The notes beneath the pieces were generated by a model. The model was not told where the DNA came from and ran no database searches. It saw nothing but the letters and a program-made list of their open reading frames with translations. Positions 29,946-44,839 of a stretch of DNA of 64,000 nucleotides are shown here, in pieces. Position numbers and translations under genes: made by a program. Where the stretch lies: assembly GCA_951406725.2 (NCBI GenBank), contig OX597821.1:16368001-16432000 (forward strand). The letters are read 5' to 3'. Position 1 is the first letter of the stretch. Every line of letters begins with the position of its first letter. This DNA comes from Octopus vulgaris (taxonomy: Eukaryota).

Positions 29946-30409
29946 AAGACTATAAATAATGTCTTCTAATAATCCATCACTAACTTCTTAAAAACAAGTA
30001 TGAAATAAAGTGTATGTATGTATGTATGTATTTAGATGTGTATGTATATAAGATAACAAAAATGCGAACAGTCGTTAACGATATTCGCTGTCAGTCGCCA
30101 GCCTGGATATGGGAACATGTGCCGCGGTTTACTAAACTTAGGGCAAGGAAGACGGGCGAGCCAATTGCTAATGAATATCGAAGAGAGTTGGATATTTTAG
30201 GGTTAACAAAACAATGCGTCGTAAGGTATTGCACTTTTCTTCGTAAATAACAAGCCCAGCTATATACCCAAGTACACACTTAGGAGAGTACATATACAAA
30301 CCCACAAACGTACAGGTTTGCAGACTAGTTGAAACCACGTTATTTCCGCTCGTTTCACACACATATACACACACATATACACAAACACACACGTGTGTAT
30401 ATGCACACG

Positions 30410-30481
<72 letters not shown>

Positions 30482-30624
30482 CATACATATATGTGTGTGT
30501 GTATGTGTTTGTGTGTATGTGTGTGTGTGTATATGTTTGTGTGTACGTGTGTGTACACTCACAAAATGTGATTAAATTGTCGTCTAAGTCACGCATAAAT
30601 GAAAATAACACTAACATCTCATTT

Positions 30625-31851
30625 TAAGAGATATGTTTACGAAAATTACATTAAAATATTTTTAAATAACTGAAGAGTAAATTTATTGAATAAAATCGCC
30701 ATTGGCTTCAACCACGGCCTCTAGACTTATTCTGAATCTCCTGCAACTCTTCTGATCGGTCTCCTTCTTTAAGCTAGTGAACGTTGCTAAATTCCTTGCC
30801 TTCAGTTCATCATCGGTATTACAATGAGTTTTGTTGGTATCTCGCCCAAGGGTGACCTACATTTAATAATCAAGGGCGTTGCAATCTGGGGAGTTAGGTT
30901 GCTAGATTTTAGGGCTGATGTGTTCGCAGAAACTGTTTGACAGCCATGATAAGGTTCTCTTGCTTGTGTGGCATGGTGAAGAGTCTTATTGCCAGACATA
31001 GGGTCTTCCAGCTGTCACATTCTTGTCACAGAGCAGCACTGACTACTCCAGGCTTTTGGTGTAGGCCTCCGTTTTGAGTCCGAGGCCATGTGGGAAGATG
31101 AATGGATGCATAATGTTGATATCTAGACATCATGATCTTGACTGAATGATTGAATTTATCACTCTCGCTATATGCTTTGGGGACCCGGGAAGCCAATGGT
31201 TGTTCTGTGTGTTCACCATCTGATCCTGGTAAAATTTCTTCTAATCTCAAATAAACCAAAGCATGTTCTCTTGGAGGGGCTGCTTGAATTTGTTCGAAAA
31301 CTGCGTAGCGCTGTCTTTCCCTTTGTTCTTGATGGCTTGAGATAAAAATCGGCCCGCCCTCACCTTGTATGAGTAATACCGAATGTCTTCATGCACTACC
31401 TGCCTGATGAGAAACTCAGACATTCCCATGTCCTTGTCGGTGGACCTGATTGAATCGGAGAGATTTTTGTCAATCATGGTCTGGATCTCACCAACAAATT
31501 CTGGAGTTTTTTTTCTTATCAGAACGATCAGAGCGAGTTTTCCGAGCTGCCGTACCTTTGTAATCACCATTAGATTCATCCAACTCTTTCCAAAACCTCT
31601 ACACTGATTTCAGATTGACATCCAAACACTCTAAACGTTCATATTGAAACTCCGGGCCTGAATGCCAGACAGTACAGTATGTCGTCTCCAAGTTTCTGAC
31701 AGAGCCAATTGCGTCATGGAGCTGCTTTTCTCAAAGACGGTGCCCAACTGACCCTATTACTTTGAGTAGTCGACAAAATAAAAATAAAAAAACAATGCGT
31801 ATATGCGAAATTAAAAACATAAAATGGAGACGATTTACCAATCGTTTCCTG
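30625..31851 (-). mobile_element. Degenerate Tc1/mariner-superfamily DD37D (maT-like) DNA transposon
   Basis: Pseudo-ORF ~31717 to ~30686. YVWQ*DSSPCHTSKRT...NSPDCNALDY has 37 residues between the last two Asp. Right end abuts TA; many stops. Confidence 0.85.
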
Positions 31852-32100
31852 TATATGTACTCGTGTATATAGAATTCATAACACATAAAATTATTGATTT
31901 ATCCAACTGACAGAGGCATTGAACATTAAATAGAAGGCATCCATATTTTTATAGAATTACTGTAGCTGAAAGAAGAATAAATTCTACAATAATTACTTCT
32001 TCATATAGAAGATGCGCAATCATGTATTTATTCACATCATATATATATACACACTAAGGGGCACGCACACACGCAAACACACACCATATATGTATGTATG

Positions 32101-32230
<130 letters not shown>

Positions 32231-32645
32231 ATATCCACATACACATTATATATAAAATAACACAAGCCTGTATTTCTTTGTATTCTCATTTCTTGTTGTG
32301 TCTGACGTTCATCTTTATTGTAGATTTTCATGTTCGCAATAACAAAAAGCGTAATTGAGTAGAGCTTGTTGATATACATGCATATACTACATACATACAC
32401 ACACATACGCATATTGATATATATTCTTTCGGATTTTTATTATTAAAAAATAGACCCACACCACCCACGCTTAGCCAATAGATATGTACAGCATTTACAT
32501 GCATATTCAATAATGAAGTAACTACAATACTTTTAGCTGCTATTTATATGCAGCATAAGAAGTATTGTTTAGTAAGTATAATTCTAACGTATGTAGCGTA
32601 GCTATTTTACAGATAATAGGAATAATGATTGAATTTCATATATGC

Positions 32646-32687
<42 letters not shown>

Positions 32688-32689
<2 letters not shown>

Positions 32690-32826
32690 AGGTGCAATGG
32701 CCCAGTGGTTAGGGCAGCGGACTCGTTTCTTGAGTAACGCTACGATGGACTGGCGTCCCGTCCAGCTGGGGGGAAAATACGCCATAGAAACCGGGCCCAT
32801 CAGCCTGGCTAGGCTTGAAAAGGGTG

Positions 32827-32827
<1 letters not shown>
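32688..32827 (+). mobile_element. Short internally deleted tRNA-SINE (family C) in (TA)n
   Basis: A-box-like tggcccagtggttagg. The segment gatggactggcgtcccgtccag resembles conserved V/Meta-type SINE cores. Confidence 0.6.
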
Positions 32828-32882
<55 letters not shown>

Positions 32883-32886
<4 letters not shown>

Positions 32887-33880
32887 GGTGGGCTTATTAG
32901 AAAAGTGTGATGCTAGAGCTGTGAAATATTACATGCAATACTTTTAACACTTCTTACGGGACTAAATTTGGCATCGTGGAATTATCAAGTACCAGCCGAA
33001 TAAAATTTACGTTGACGTGGTAATCTCACTACGGGATGATGCTCCACCTCTACCATCAGTGCAGAAGTGAGCAGCGGAATTTCGGAGTGAAAGGAAGAAT
33101 ACTGAATATACTTCAAGGTTCGGACACCACCGAGGAAAACATTGATCATGTTCACTACATGTTGATGGATGACAAGCAATTGGCTATAAGTCAAATAGCC
33201 AAGTCTTGTAGCATCTCTCCTTATAGAGAGGAATTTGAGAATAGTCTGCACAATAAACTAGGCATAATCATTGCTGCTCGCTGAGTGCAGCGTTTTCTGA
33301 CATAGAATCAAAGGTGCAACAGGATGCTCACGTCACAGGAAAATCTGACATCGTTTGAGGCAGATCCAGCTAGTCACCTTGAATGTTTCTTAATCAATGA
33401 TGTGTTAGCTTCATCGATTTGGGCGAGGAACAAAAATACAATCCATGTTGTGCACGCACACCCACCCACCCCGCCACATCACCTGATCCAAAGAGGGTCA
33501 AGGGCGTTTCACCTGTAGGTAGCGTGATGGCTAGTTTTTTTAGGATGCTTATCTTCAAAATGGTCACACCATCAATGGAGATTACTATGTCAACTTGTCA
33601 ATCAAGTTACGAAAGTCAATTAAGACCAAGCGCACAGGAAAACTGATTAAAGGTGTCTTGTTTCATAAAGGGAATGTTCCAGTACACAAGTCCTTAGTTT
33701 CAATGGCTGCTGCGCGTGATTGTGGCTTCGAACTAGTTGGTCAGCTTCTATATTCTCCTGATTTGCCTCAATCTGAGTATCATCTGTTCCCCAACATGAA
33801 AATACATTTTGCTGGGAATCAGTATCGCAGTGGGGATAACATCGTAGCTGCTGCTGCTGACTTTTTTTGTCCAACTAGGT
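32883..33880 (+). mobile_element. Degenerate mariner (DD34D-type) transposon
   Basis: TEENIDHVH, VLFHKGNVPVH...YSPDLPQSEYHLFPNMK with 34-residue spacing and decayed catalytic residues. Starts after TA. Confidence 0.85.
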
Positions 33881-33904
33881 TGGCAGGTAACTAGGTAGAT
33901 AAAT

Positions 33905-33938
<34 letters not shown>

Positions 33939-33947
33939 TAGATATAG

Positions 33948-34039
<92 letters not shown>

Positions 34040-35649
34040 GGATAGATAGATAGATAAACGCATACATAAATAGATACAAAGATACAGATATAAATATATG
34101 TTTGTCACAAAATGATGTGTCTATTATATTAATGCGAGTATTAAATGGATACTTTTTCTCGTCGCTTGTGTATCAATCTAGTAAAATGGAAGAATGCTTT
34201 CGACATATCTGATACATCACTGAGTTTCTAGTTCATTGCAACAATTATAGTTCTAACTCAATTCATGTCTTCAACATACTTTGAAATCATCATCGAGGTT
34301 CTGCTAAGCTCAGTTAAGCACAGTATGAATACGAAATCTTTATTCATGCTTGATGGGGCATTGCTTTGAATCATATGCACATCACATGCCCACACTCACT
34401 GCGATGTTTGTAAATGTGAATTATATCTATGTATGCGAATTCAAGGAATATATTTCATATGTAAATATTTGAAAGCAATAATGATATTATATGTCTGTTG
34501 TAATATATATCTGGATGTTAACAAACAACTGGGAGTCTGTTCCCAAAGTTGATATGAAAATAACTAAGGTCTCCTGTTTCTTTGGCTTGAAGTTTCTTGT
34601 ACCCATTCGTCTAAATTAATTTGGTCTTTCTAATAATCTCTACCTCTTCCAAATGTCACCAATGAGGTTTGCTTCTCTCCATCTTTCAATGCTACATACT
34701 CGATTATATCCATGCAAACAGCTTGAAGTGGTCGTCATGCCATACAAACGTCGATAAATATATATCTAAATTAGGTTTTCATTTTAGCTACTTGTATCAT
34801 TGGACTCTTATTGTCTGCAATGTTAACGTGTAACGCAAATCCAGGATTTCATTAGTATTTAATTTATTGACACCTCTGAGATGATGGCAAATGGGAAACT
34901 GGCAGATTTGAGCGTGGAACATAAACCTTATGACATAAAACATGGTAAGATATATTCTCTTTCCACTTTTTTTACAAAAATCTGTTCTCCGGTTGTTAAA
35001 CATAGAAGGAAAATACATGTGGCATTAATAATTGAAGGAATATGTTGTAAGAAACGAAGAATTATACCTAATTTAAAATATTATCAATAATACTTAACAA
35101 CTGTAGCTGGAGTTTTACATATATAAACAACACTCATGAAAGACGTTCTGTGCTTATAGACACGATGAATGCCAAATGTAACCACAACCATATTCCACTT
35201 GTTCCGTTTGAGACAAAATCTAAAGTCTAGAAATAGTAAAGACCCTTAAAATGAATCCTGTGTAGTGTCGTATTTAATTTCAAATAGGAAGGCTAACTGA
35301 AAATTATCAGAGAGCTTACCATACCAACCACTTAATGTTCAAATATACTAAGTTAGGATGATGCTTAAATATATACGAGAGGAGTATTATGTTGGTGTGC
35401 CGAGTTTACAGAAAATGCCTAAAGAAAACCCGCTTTCGTCTAGAGTGGGAAAAGAAATGTGACACCATGACGCTGTCTCACTGACCAAGCTATAGTCTAT
35501 AGCCATAAAATAGTTTGGAACACATTATCACTCTATGGTGATGTAATAAAAGTGCAGTCCAAACGAAGGAAATTCGTCAATTCTAAATTGATCAAACTGG
35601 AGTATTATAAATGAAAAAGTAAGAAATATAAGCAATAATCTTCAAATAA

Positions 35650-36500
35650 CTTTCAAACCAATAAACGTGTACAATCTACCACCAGATACCAGGAACAGAC
35701 GAGATATTTCGGTGCTGCAAAACACATATTCAAACTTTAAATGCTGGCATCAATCTTAATAATTAGTAGTAGCTTACTGACAATAGAACATTAGAAACGG
35801 CGTATTAAGGTGAGAGAAAGAAGTTTTTCCGGCTAGAAACTCAACTAAAAATAGGAAGCATATTTAGTCACATCTACAATATACAAATATTCAATAGAAG
35901 AAACGTAACTGATTTTATAAAGATTAATTCGGTATGACAGAAAATCAGAGCAAAACTGGAGGTACACCAGAAGAAAAAAAAATATATTACTGTCCAATAG
36001 ACGATTAGAACGTTTGAGCACAAATAACTACTGTTATTCCGATTATAATTATGTAGATTTTCTGCATAAAATTAAGGCCAAAATATAACGACAATATGTT
36101 TCTTATATTACGGAAGCAAATAAAGCAGCAAATGCTCCAGGAAATTACAAAAGTAAATAATTATTCTGAGTAAGTAACATCACTGAAATAAATATATTAC
36201 TACTTGAAGACAAAATAAAATGCAGAAACCACAGTCAAAAACACTAGTTTAGATGGTGGAAAACAATTAGCCTAAATCCTGTCGAAGCTAAAGGATTTTG
36301 CTGTAACCAGAAAGAAGTGTTATGAAAGCTAGCAATAACTGAGACTTAATAAAGTCCGTCAAAAGAAAATGTGAGTATAACCAATTATACGATCTTAGTC
36401 AGAATGAGACTATACTGTCAAAGCAGATTTAAATTGTAAAGGTCTGAATAGATGGTTGAACGATTTCTCCCCAATACTAATGAAGGGTGTGGATAGATAA
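35650..36500 (+). mobile_element. Possible ancient, highly decayed LINE RT remnant
   Basis: A-rich strand bias with faint motif echoes (IPGTDEI, DFIKINSV). No intact ORF; boundaries uncertain. Confidence 0.25.
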
Positions 36501-39269
36501 ACCTCTATTTCGAAATTACGAATCAATATCATATCTATAGAGAATGTAAATGTTTAGTAATTAAGGTTTCAGTTTCTTCTTCTATTTGTATTTATCCATT
36601 AAAATAACACAGTATCTGCTGAGCAGAAACGAGAACTCAAGAGCAGAGGTAGAGAAAGAAAATGCTAACTTAAGTTTAAGTTCACAAAGCTATTGCAAAT
36701 TAGCGACAGACGACACGTGTGTCTATGACTTGGATTGACTTCAACCTTTATTTGATATGGCTTTCGTTCCTGCACCGTCGCGACATTGAGTACATTTTCC
36801 ACATATAATTTATTAAACAGATTTAATAACATATGGTAAAATGGCGAATTATTTATTATGCTTTCCATATTCGGATCATATGGTTATTGCAAGAATACTT
36901 AGTCTGAAGTAGGTCAAAGAATAATGTACAGGAGGAACTCATTGTTTGAACGTGTTATCCGTATTGCTTTGATGAATAGCTTTAAATGAATGTAGTGTAT
37001 GCCTAGAAAGGATCTTTCTGCGCTCAAGCATGTCTCATTCATGGATGATGTTATACTCTTCACTGAAAATGAAAGATCCAATCTCATATTTAATCTCTTT
37101 ATTGCTGTCTTGAATTTATAGCAATTTATCATTAATATCTGCCGTATTATCTATAAACAGAAGCTATCATTGTACAGATTGATATTGATATCGGAACGAA
37201 CATAGATGAAGTTCAGTTATGAAGCGTATAATTATGAAGAATTCAAGAATGATATCGAATATTATAGGAAACGATGAAAAAGAAGATACTTTGTGTATGA
37301 AGTGGTTTAAACAAAATGTGAATTCCGGAACTTAATGTGTTACGTTCGGTGTAATATTGTTGTTATTCAGTGAAGGGCCGTAAAATTTGGTATATTTGAT
37401 AGCGAAAATCAAAGCAGCCTTCATTTGCAATCCAATGTAAATTCTTCTTTTATGGTCAATAATGGGAATGAAGACATTTTATGATAAGTATACAATGTCG
37501 GGCGTTTAAAAAAAGAACCTGACATATAATGTGAGGAAATATATGTCGTGAATATAACGTATTCTGTCAACAATAACCATGAAATGGAATATGTAGTACA
37601 GTTGGATGAGCGGCAATTATGAAATCGTGTCAGACAAACATTGCTGCCAAGATAGTCTAAGAATCAAGGTAAAGGGAAACTTTTTTTTTGTTGCGTAACT
37701 TAAAGTGTTTTGTGAAATAACATATTTTTAGTGGAAATATTGGTTTCAAATTTTGCCACAAGATCAGCAATTTCGGGGAAAAGATAAATCGATCATATGG
37801 ATCCCAGTACACACCTGGTACTCTGTGTGTTTGTGTTTGTGTGTTTGCGTGTGTGTATGTTGCACCAGTACTCGGCCGATGCTTACTTTCAACTGCGTAA
37901 AATAGAGTAAACTGAAATTAAGTAATTTCTACAAAAACAAAAAAAAAACAAATGTCATCCCGCTTAATTATTAAACGCCATAGAGTCTTCACTTTATATG
38001 TGTGTGTGGTTTTGTGTTTGTTTAGAAGTCATATACAAGCAGAGATTGTAGTTTCCTATCAACATTATGTCTTCTGTATATCGTCTTCAAACTTTAGCAT
38101 AGATAGCATGAACCAATACTTATTATGTCTCTGATGAACCTGGAGAAATCTTTCATCCATGTCTTTAATCTTACAGCCAACTTTCCGTTCCCCACACTCA
38201 CGAACTACTCTGCCGTAGCTTCTGCACTTTCTATAAAATGAGGAAGAAAAGGAATCCGTTATTGTCCTTCTCCTGCAGCTTTCCAGTAAATATATTCATT
38301 TATATTTAGTGCTCTATACACAAGCAAATATATTCTGTTTAAATCCCCAGCCACGTATTTTATCGCAAAATATAATTTAGTTGAATAATTTGTCTGTGTC
38401 AGTTTTGCTTATGCATATTTCATCTGGCAGAGGCCGACTTTCTTCTCTCAGCATCTTAAAAACGTGATTTAACAAATTAATATCATATAAGTAAAATATT
38501 ATGATCTGAAGACTTTTATGGCGTATCTAACTTAAATGAATATATATCTTGCACAAAAGCTGACAGAAGGACTAAACAGAACAGATATGCTTCTTTATGA
38601 GCTTCTTCCCATTTACTTTAATAGAGGGAAATTGATAAAAACATTAAAACAACGTCGTAAATTATTATCTGAATAGCAACGATTTTATTTGACCACTGCA
38701 TTATCGATTTGAATACTAAAACCTTACAGGCAATATAATTTCGATATAAAGTTATTGCCGTAATACAAGTGAGCAGATCATCGTTCTCATGATTAAATTC
38801 AGATCAGGACGAAGTAATAAGTGTTTCAGTATAATACGTTATTGAAAGGCGAATGGGTGAGGAATAAAACTTCATCTCGGAAAAACTAATAATAGTTTAA
38901 ATACTTACCGACTTTGTTTGCAGATAATTGACGTTAAAATGTCTGTTTCCAAAAGAAAATGTATTAAATACTTTATGATGTACAGTAAATCTTAACAGAT
39001 CCACTTGTATAACTTTATACTTTCTCTGACACCAGTCATTGTGCTATGGCTGAAGTGAGGCATCACATTTCTTGGTGTTTTAGTCTGTCATAGTGCTTAT
39101 TTCTGTCTGATACTTATTGGTTTTATAGATAGATATTCTATGCGTTGGCGAAATAACAATTTTGTTACACCTGCACACTAGTATTCATATTCACACATAA
39201 ACTTATGCTCGCAGGCATACACCTCACTTCGTGTATATATATATGGAGAGAGAGAGAGAGAAAAGTGGA

Positions 39270-39430
39270 ACAACAAGGCACCAATATTTACTGGAAATAG
39301 CAGACGATAATATACGACGCTATAGTAAAGATTCACTGTATATTTACTGCTAGTATATGCACAGTGAAGCTTTACTATAGCGTCGTATATTACCGACTGC
39401 TCTTTCCAATAAATATTGGTGCATTGTTGT
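39270..39430. repeat. Long imperfect palindrome (~70-bp arms)
   Basis: 39270-39339 pairs with 39361-39430, including aatatacgacgctatagtaaag/ctttactatagcgtcgtatatt. Confidence 0.9.
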
Positions 39431-42400
39431 ACTACAATTCTATATTTATACTTTAATGTTACTGTGCTTTCTTTTACTGAAACCTGACCCTAGAAGTATG
39501 ACTCAGAGTGATCAGTGGGGAGTATCTAAACACGACAAACAGAAAAATGTGTATTAAATACAATGCACTTTAAATTGTTGATTCACTGAAGTTAACACTG
39601 CTTACAGAGCAGATCAGACGAAGGCGTAGTAGCAATTTGTGATTTATGAAAATAATTTTCTATCAGCTGTAATTTTCTTTGTAGTAGGTAGAAGGGAATA
39701 TGCAATTAGTCGTTATATTAAGTGACTGTCAAAGAAAATGTATGGTACTTTCCAGATATAATGAATAAATTTTGAAGATGATATACGTTTAATATGCAGA
39801 CAAGGTACGTTTTATGCAGTTGGAAAAGATCTTATAATTTTCATTAAGTGACAAAATAGCGACATTTATGTAGTTTAGTGTTAATAATGGAACAGAGAAT
39901 TTCCAAATGTGTTTGGTCAAATGGACATGGATTTTAATACATAGTAAGCAATAAGGCAGCGAACTGGCAGAATAGTTAACACGCCGAGCAAAATGTTAAG
40001 TGTTTACATTCTGAGTTCAAATGCTACTGAGGTCGACTTTACATTTCATCTTATCGAGATCGATAAAATCAGTAACAGCTGAGCACTGGCTCGACGTAAT
40101 CGGCTTACACCCTCTCCAAGGCTGCTGGAGCCAGGTGCCAAAATTTGAAGCCAAAATATAGATAACAATAGCTCGGCGATGAGGGAGAACCGTTAACACG
40201 AGGGATAAAACGCCTAGCAGCATTTCGTATGTCTTCACGATCAGAATTAAAATTCTGCTGAATTCATTTCTGCCTTTCATCCGCTTCGGGGTCGATGAAA
40301 CAGGAACACGTTTGGGTACTGAGGTCGATTTAATTATCTTACTCCGACCACTTGCTGGACTTGTGCCAAAATTTGAAGCCGATATATAGTTAACAGTGTA
40401 ATGAAGTATTGTGATGAAGTGTTGTGTAATTATCCAAAGCCAGCAAAGGAAAATAACTTAAATTTGGTGTTTGGCATGAATTTGGACAATGTTGATGATA
40501 ATGCACTGAATGCTAACACAAAATGGTTTTAATTATTTTATACTTCCCTCCGAGTCAGAGAAACAAATTCGCAAAATCTAACCGTTATAGTAAGCGTCTA
40601 ACAAAACTAATGGAGATTATTGCAACACATTGAAAGAGAATTTCGTTGTAAATTAAATTTGCTGCTTAGAAAAATTTGATGTTTGCTAGTTGTCAAAGTA
40701 GCAGTTTGAATTATATTTCGGTCTACATCGGTGCAGTTTATATTTGGACCTACTAAAATCAGCGGGATGTTTTGTTTTTTTTTGTTTGGTGTAAGGATGA
40801 AAATTATAGTTCTATATATTTTATAGTAATTAAATTTTACACTTATCGAAGCTGTTTCCATCAGCATGATGATAAACATTAATAGGTTACATCGACTTTA
40901 GGCACGGATTTCTCAGTGCGCTTTGGGTAAAGGGCTAGACGCAATGATAGGACAGTATATCCTCGCACACTTAAATTAGGTGAAACTTCCTATCACTGAA
41001 CACCATATGTGTATTGTGAAATAGCAACGGAAATCATATTTGTAGAACATACAACGCAAAAGGTCTCAGAAAAAGACTCCCAACTATACTAAACACATAC
41101 AAAACGGATGAAACTTAATCAGCTAAATAAGATTATCATTGAAAATGACAATTGTGAACATTCAAATCGAATTTTCAGTACAGAGCTTCGACAAAACATC
41201 TGTAATATAAGTGCAGAAATATACATCATATATATATACACGCGCGCACACGCGCGCGCGCGGACAGAGAGGGTGAGAGCGAGATTATTCTCTCCGGCAT
41301 TGCTTGTTGTTTACATAAATGTTATAGCCTAATCCAACTACTACCAAGGCAGAAGAAAATTTTTAATAAAATTCACAGTGTATGTATAGAAGCATATATG
41401 TATTCATATACGTGTACACACACGCGCACGCTCGCTCAGAGAACAACGCACACAAACTGGATTTATAATGAATAAAAATTGAATATCTTGATCTATATAG
41501 ATTCCACCGAAATAGCCTTATTTATGAGGATATGTGAGAATGATATTCATAGGATATTCGAATGATATAGTATATGCGCATGGGATACATGATACATTGT
41601 TTATTGACAAAATACACTACACTTGCCAAATGAAATTTCATCACACGTCAATATATGATGCACTCTGTCAAATGTATGGAATGTTCGTTGTGTCAAAGAG
41701 TTATTTAAATACTAGTTTCAACTTATACATCAATGCCCTCATACTCGAAGACACAGGTGAACCATTCAAACGATAAAGTAACAAGGGTTGAAATAGAGAG
41801 AATGCGGGATTACGACACAAACAATCTTCCCAGTTCTATGCTCCTTTTCAAAAGAATATATGAAAGAATTGTATAAGAATAATACATGTAAATTTATGCA
41901 ATATCTCTCCTTGGAAGTTCCTATATTATTAAAACGTTTCTATTATAGGCATAAGAGATGACACCTGTGGGGAGGGAGCTAGTCAATAACACCGAGGCAG
42001 TGAAGGGTGGCATTTGTTTTATCGACCTTGAAAGCAATACAGGTAAAGTCAATCCTGGCTGGATTTGAACTTTGAACATAGCATTTTGTCCCCTAGTGCT
42101 AACAGATTCCGCCGTTCACCTTTTTACATGTAAAGTAAAAAAAAAATGAATACATATTACCAACTTTATTCCGTTACAGAGCTCCAGAAAGGCACCATTT
42201 CAATGAGTAAAATAATGGTAAAGATGATGATGAAGATGATAACGATGAGGAGGAGGAGGAGGGCGGTGATTATGATGATGATGATATTAATATCGATACT
42301 ATTAATGATATTAATGATAAAAATAATAATAGATATTATTATTATTATTATAACAGCACCAGCAACAACCTCATAGAAATTTGGGATTAATTGCATTAAA

Positions 42401-44692
42401 TCTTTATAATAATTAAATTATTACTGAGCAATGAGAATATTGATCTCCTCTAGTTGAAATGTTTCTGCAATTAAACCTCAGCAAGCAATTACATAATTAT
42501 ATTGATTTTGCGATTTAATAACTGCTATGCTTGAAGCTCGATCGTCTTAAACGGGATCTTATAAACATGTTACTTGACAATGAGGAGATATTGTTTTTAA
42601 CTTTTTTAAATTTCTTTTCTTTTACCATATCAATAATGCAGGAATTTTTCCAAAATATTTTTCGTATATTTTGGAATATTCTGTGAAATATCTGAAATAA
42701 ATTATTTATGTATTTATGTTTATACTTAATTTTTTTTTCTTTTACCTCTTTGAGTCATTAGGCTGCGACTAAGCTGGAACACCGGGTATAGCCGAAAAAA
42801 TCGATCTCAGTACTCATGCGGAGGTAAAAAAAAGAGCTACATCGGTTGCTAAACGGTGTTAAGAGACAAGCACAAACCGAAGGACACACAAACATACACA
42901 CCCACACGCACACACGCACAGATTTATAACTGTCTTAGAAGTTATAATCCGTTCTTGTGTAAATATAATGCATGAATGTATGGGGGAGCGTGATAGTCGA
43001 TTACATTGACTACCCTCTGCTCAACTGGTACTTAACTCATCGATTCCGAAAAGATGAAAGACAAAGTCGTATTCAAGGCAATTGTAACTCACAAAGTAAA
43101 TCTGGAAAAAAATATCGCAAAGCATTTTGTCTGACGTGCTAAGCATACTCCCAGACCACCGCCTCAACAATCATAATAACCCAAATGGATAGAAATACAT
43201 CTCACTTTTTGTAGTTGTCTGTTATTCGATTTACGTTCACAGAAATAAGTGATCAACATACATTTAGAATTGTGTAAATTATAGTCCATTCAGATAGAAA
43301 GTCCATATTAAATTTTTACATTTTATAAGAATTCATTTCAAAACCACTCAAATAAAATCAAAAGGATGATATTATTTGAAAAATAATCCCTCAAAATAAA
43401 TTGTCACTTGTTTATGACACTCAATAGAACTACTATGGAAAATAGCAGTCACCGTATTACATAGGAGTGAAAGTATGATGTTGCCCTATGCAACAAAATA
43501 TTTGGTAGCTAATATCAACCAAATTATATAAAACAATAGAAAGTTTGAATAGTAAGTCAGAGGGAAACTGGACAAAACGTCATTTAATAAAACTATTTAC
43601 TTAGTGCTGTTCTGAACAATTTCACTTTGCCGCTCCATATTTATAGTTTGCTTCAAGTGTCAGATCTCATGTAAACTTATGACATGGATTAGTCAAACTT
43701 ATGACTTTTGTTAACTACTGTCTGCAGTACGGTAGTAGTCTCTTATCCCTGTATACAAACAAAACTTTCATTCATTGTTTCTTTGTCTTGTTTATTTTCC
43801 ATGATGGTGAATGAATAAAACTCGGGCTTTCTATTTTATGTAAAAATCAATGGAAATTGATTGATATTATCTTTGAGGGAATGCAATGGCTCCTGTCATT
43901 TTCTATACCGTAATGTCTCTTCAGTTCAGTTACATTCTATCTAATAGCAATACTGTTTCAAAATTTTTGTAAAAACATTAGGCATTTTCATACTTAATGG
44001 TGTTTAAGAATTGAATTAAAATGCACATATACTCTGTAGCAAAATTCAAATACATTATTTGTTTTGAGAATTCACAATGATGGTTATAGTTAGAATTCAT
44101 TATGGTACATTTTTCTGTCTATATATATTTTGTATTCATATTTCTTTCAAGTTGCCTCTGCTTTTCATCCACCTACGAGGAAGTTGTGGTTGGAAATATC
44201 AGTGACGTATTGGGATTTATATTTATATTATATTTAGCGAGAATTTAAAATCTGAACACTAAATACATCTTCACATTGAGATATAATTGGTATTATCCTT
44301 TACACATATAAAACTTCTACAAAGAAAATATGAACAGTGTTATCAGGACTGAAAGTTAGTATTTTGATTGTGTAATTCAATATGCACGCATAATCATTTA
44401 GAAGTGGATAGGTCATGGCGTGAGTTAGAATACAAAGCAATTTCAAATGTTACCAAGAATCAGATAGATATGGAAATAGGACACAGAACAATCGCATCTC
44501 ATAAAAAGAACAAGATAATTACATAGACAAAAGGGGTACTGAAGGGCATATCGCTACTGAATGTCTATTTAACAGCCGTCATCTCGCTCTGCCGTCTCTC
44601 TCTAATTTTCTTCTCTTTTTTGGAATACTCATTCGCCCCTCTCTCACTTTTTCTCACTCTCTCTTTCTGTCTTTCTTTCTCTCACTCTTTCA

Positions 44693-44744
<52 letters not shown>

Positions 44745-44794
44745 AAAGAGTGAGAGAAAGAAAGATATATATATACATACACACACATACACTC

Positions 44795-44839
<45 letters not shown>

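Noticed and set aside
38131-38160. CTGATGA...GAAA hammerhead candidate
   Set aside because: Only 7 nt between the core halves, with no credible stems I-III.
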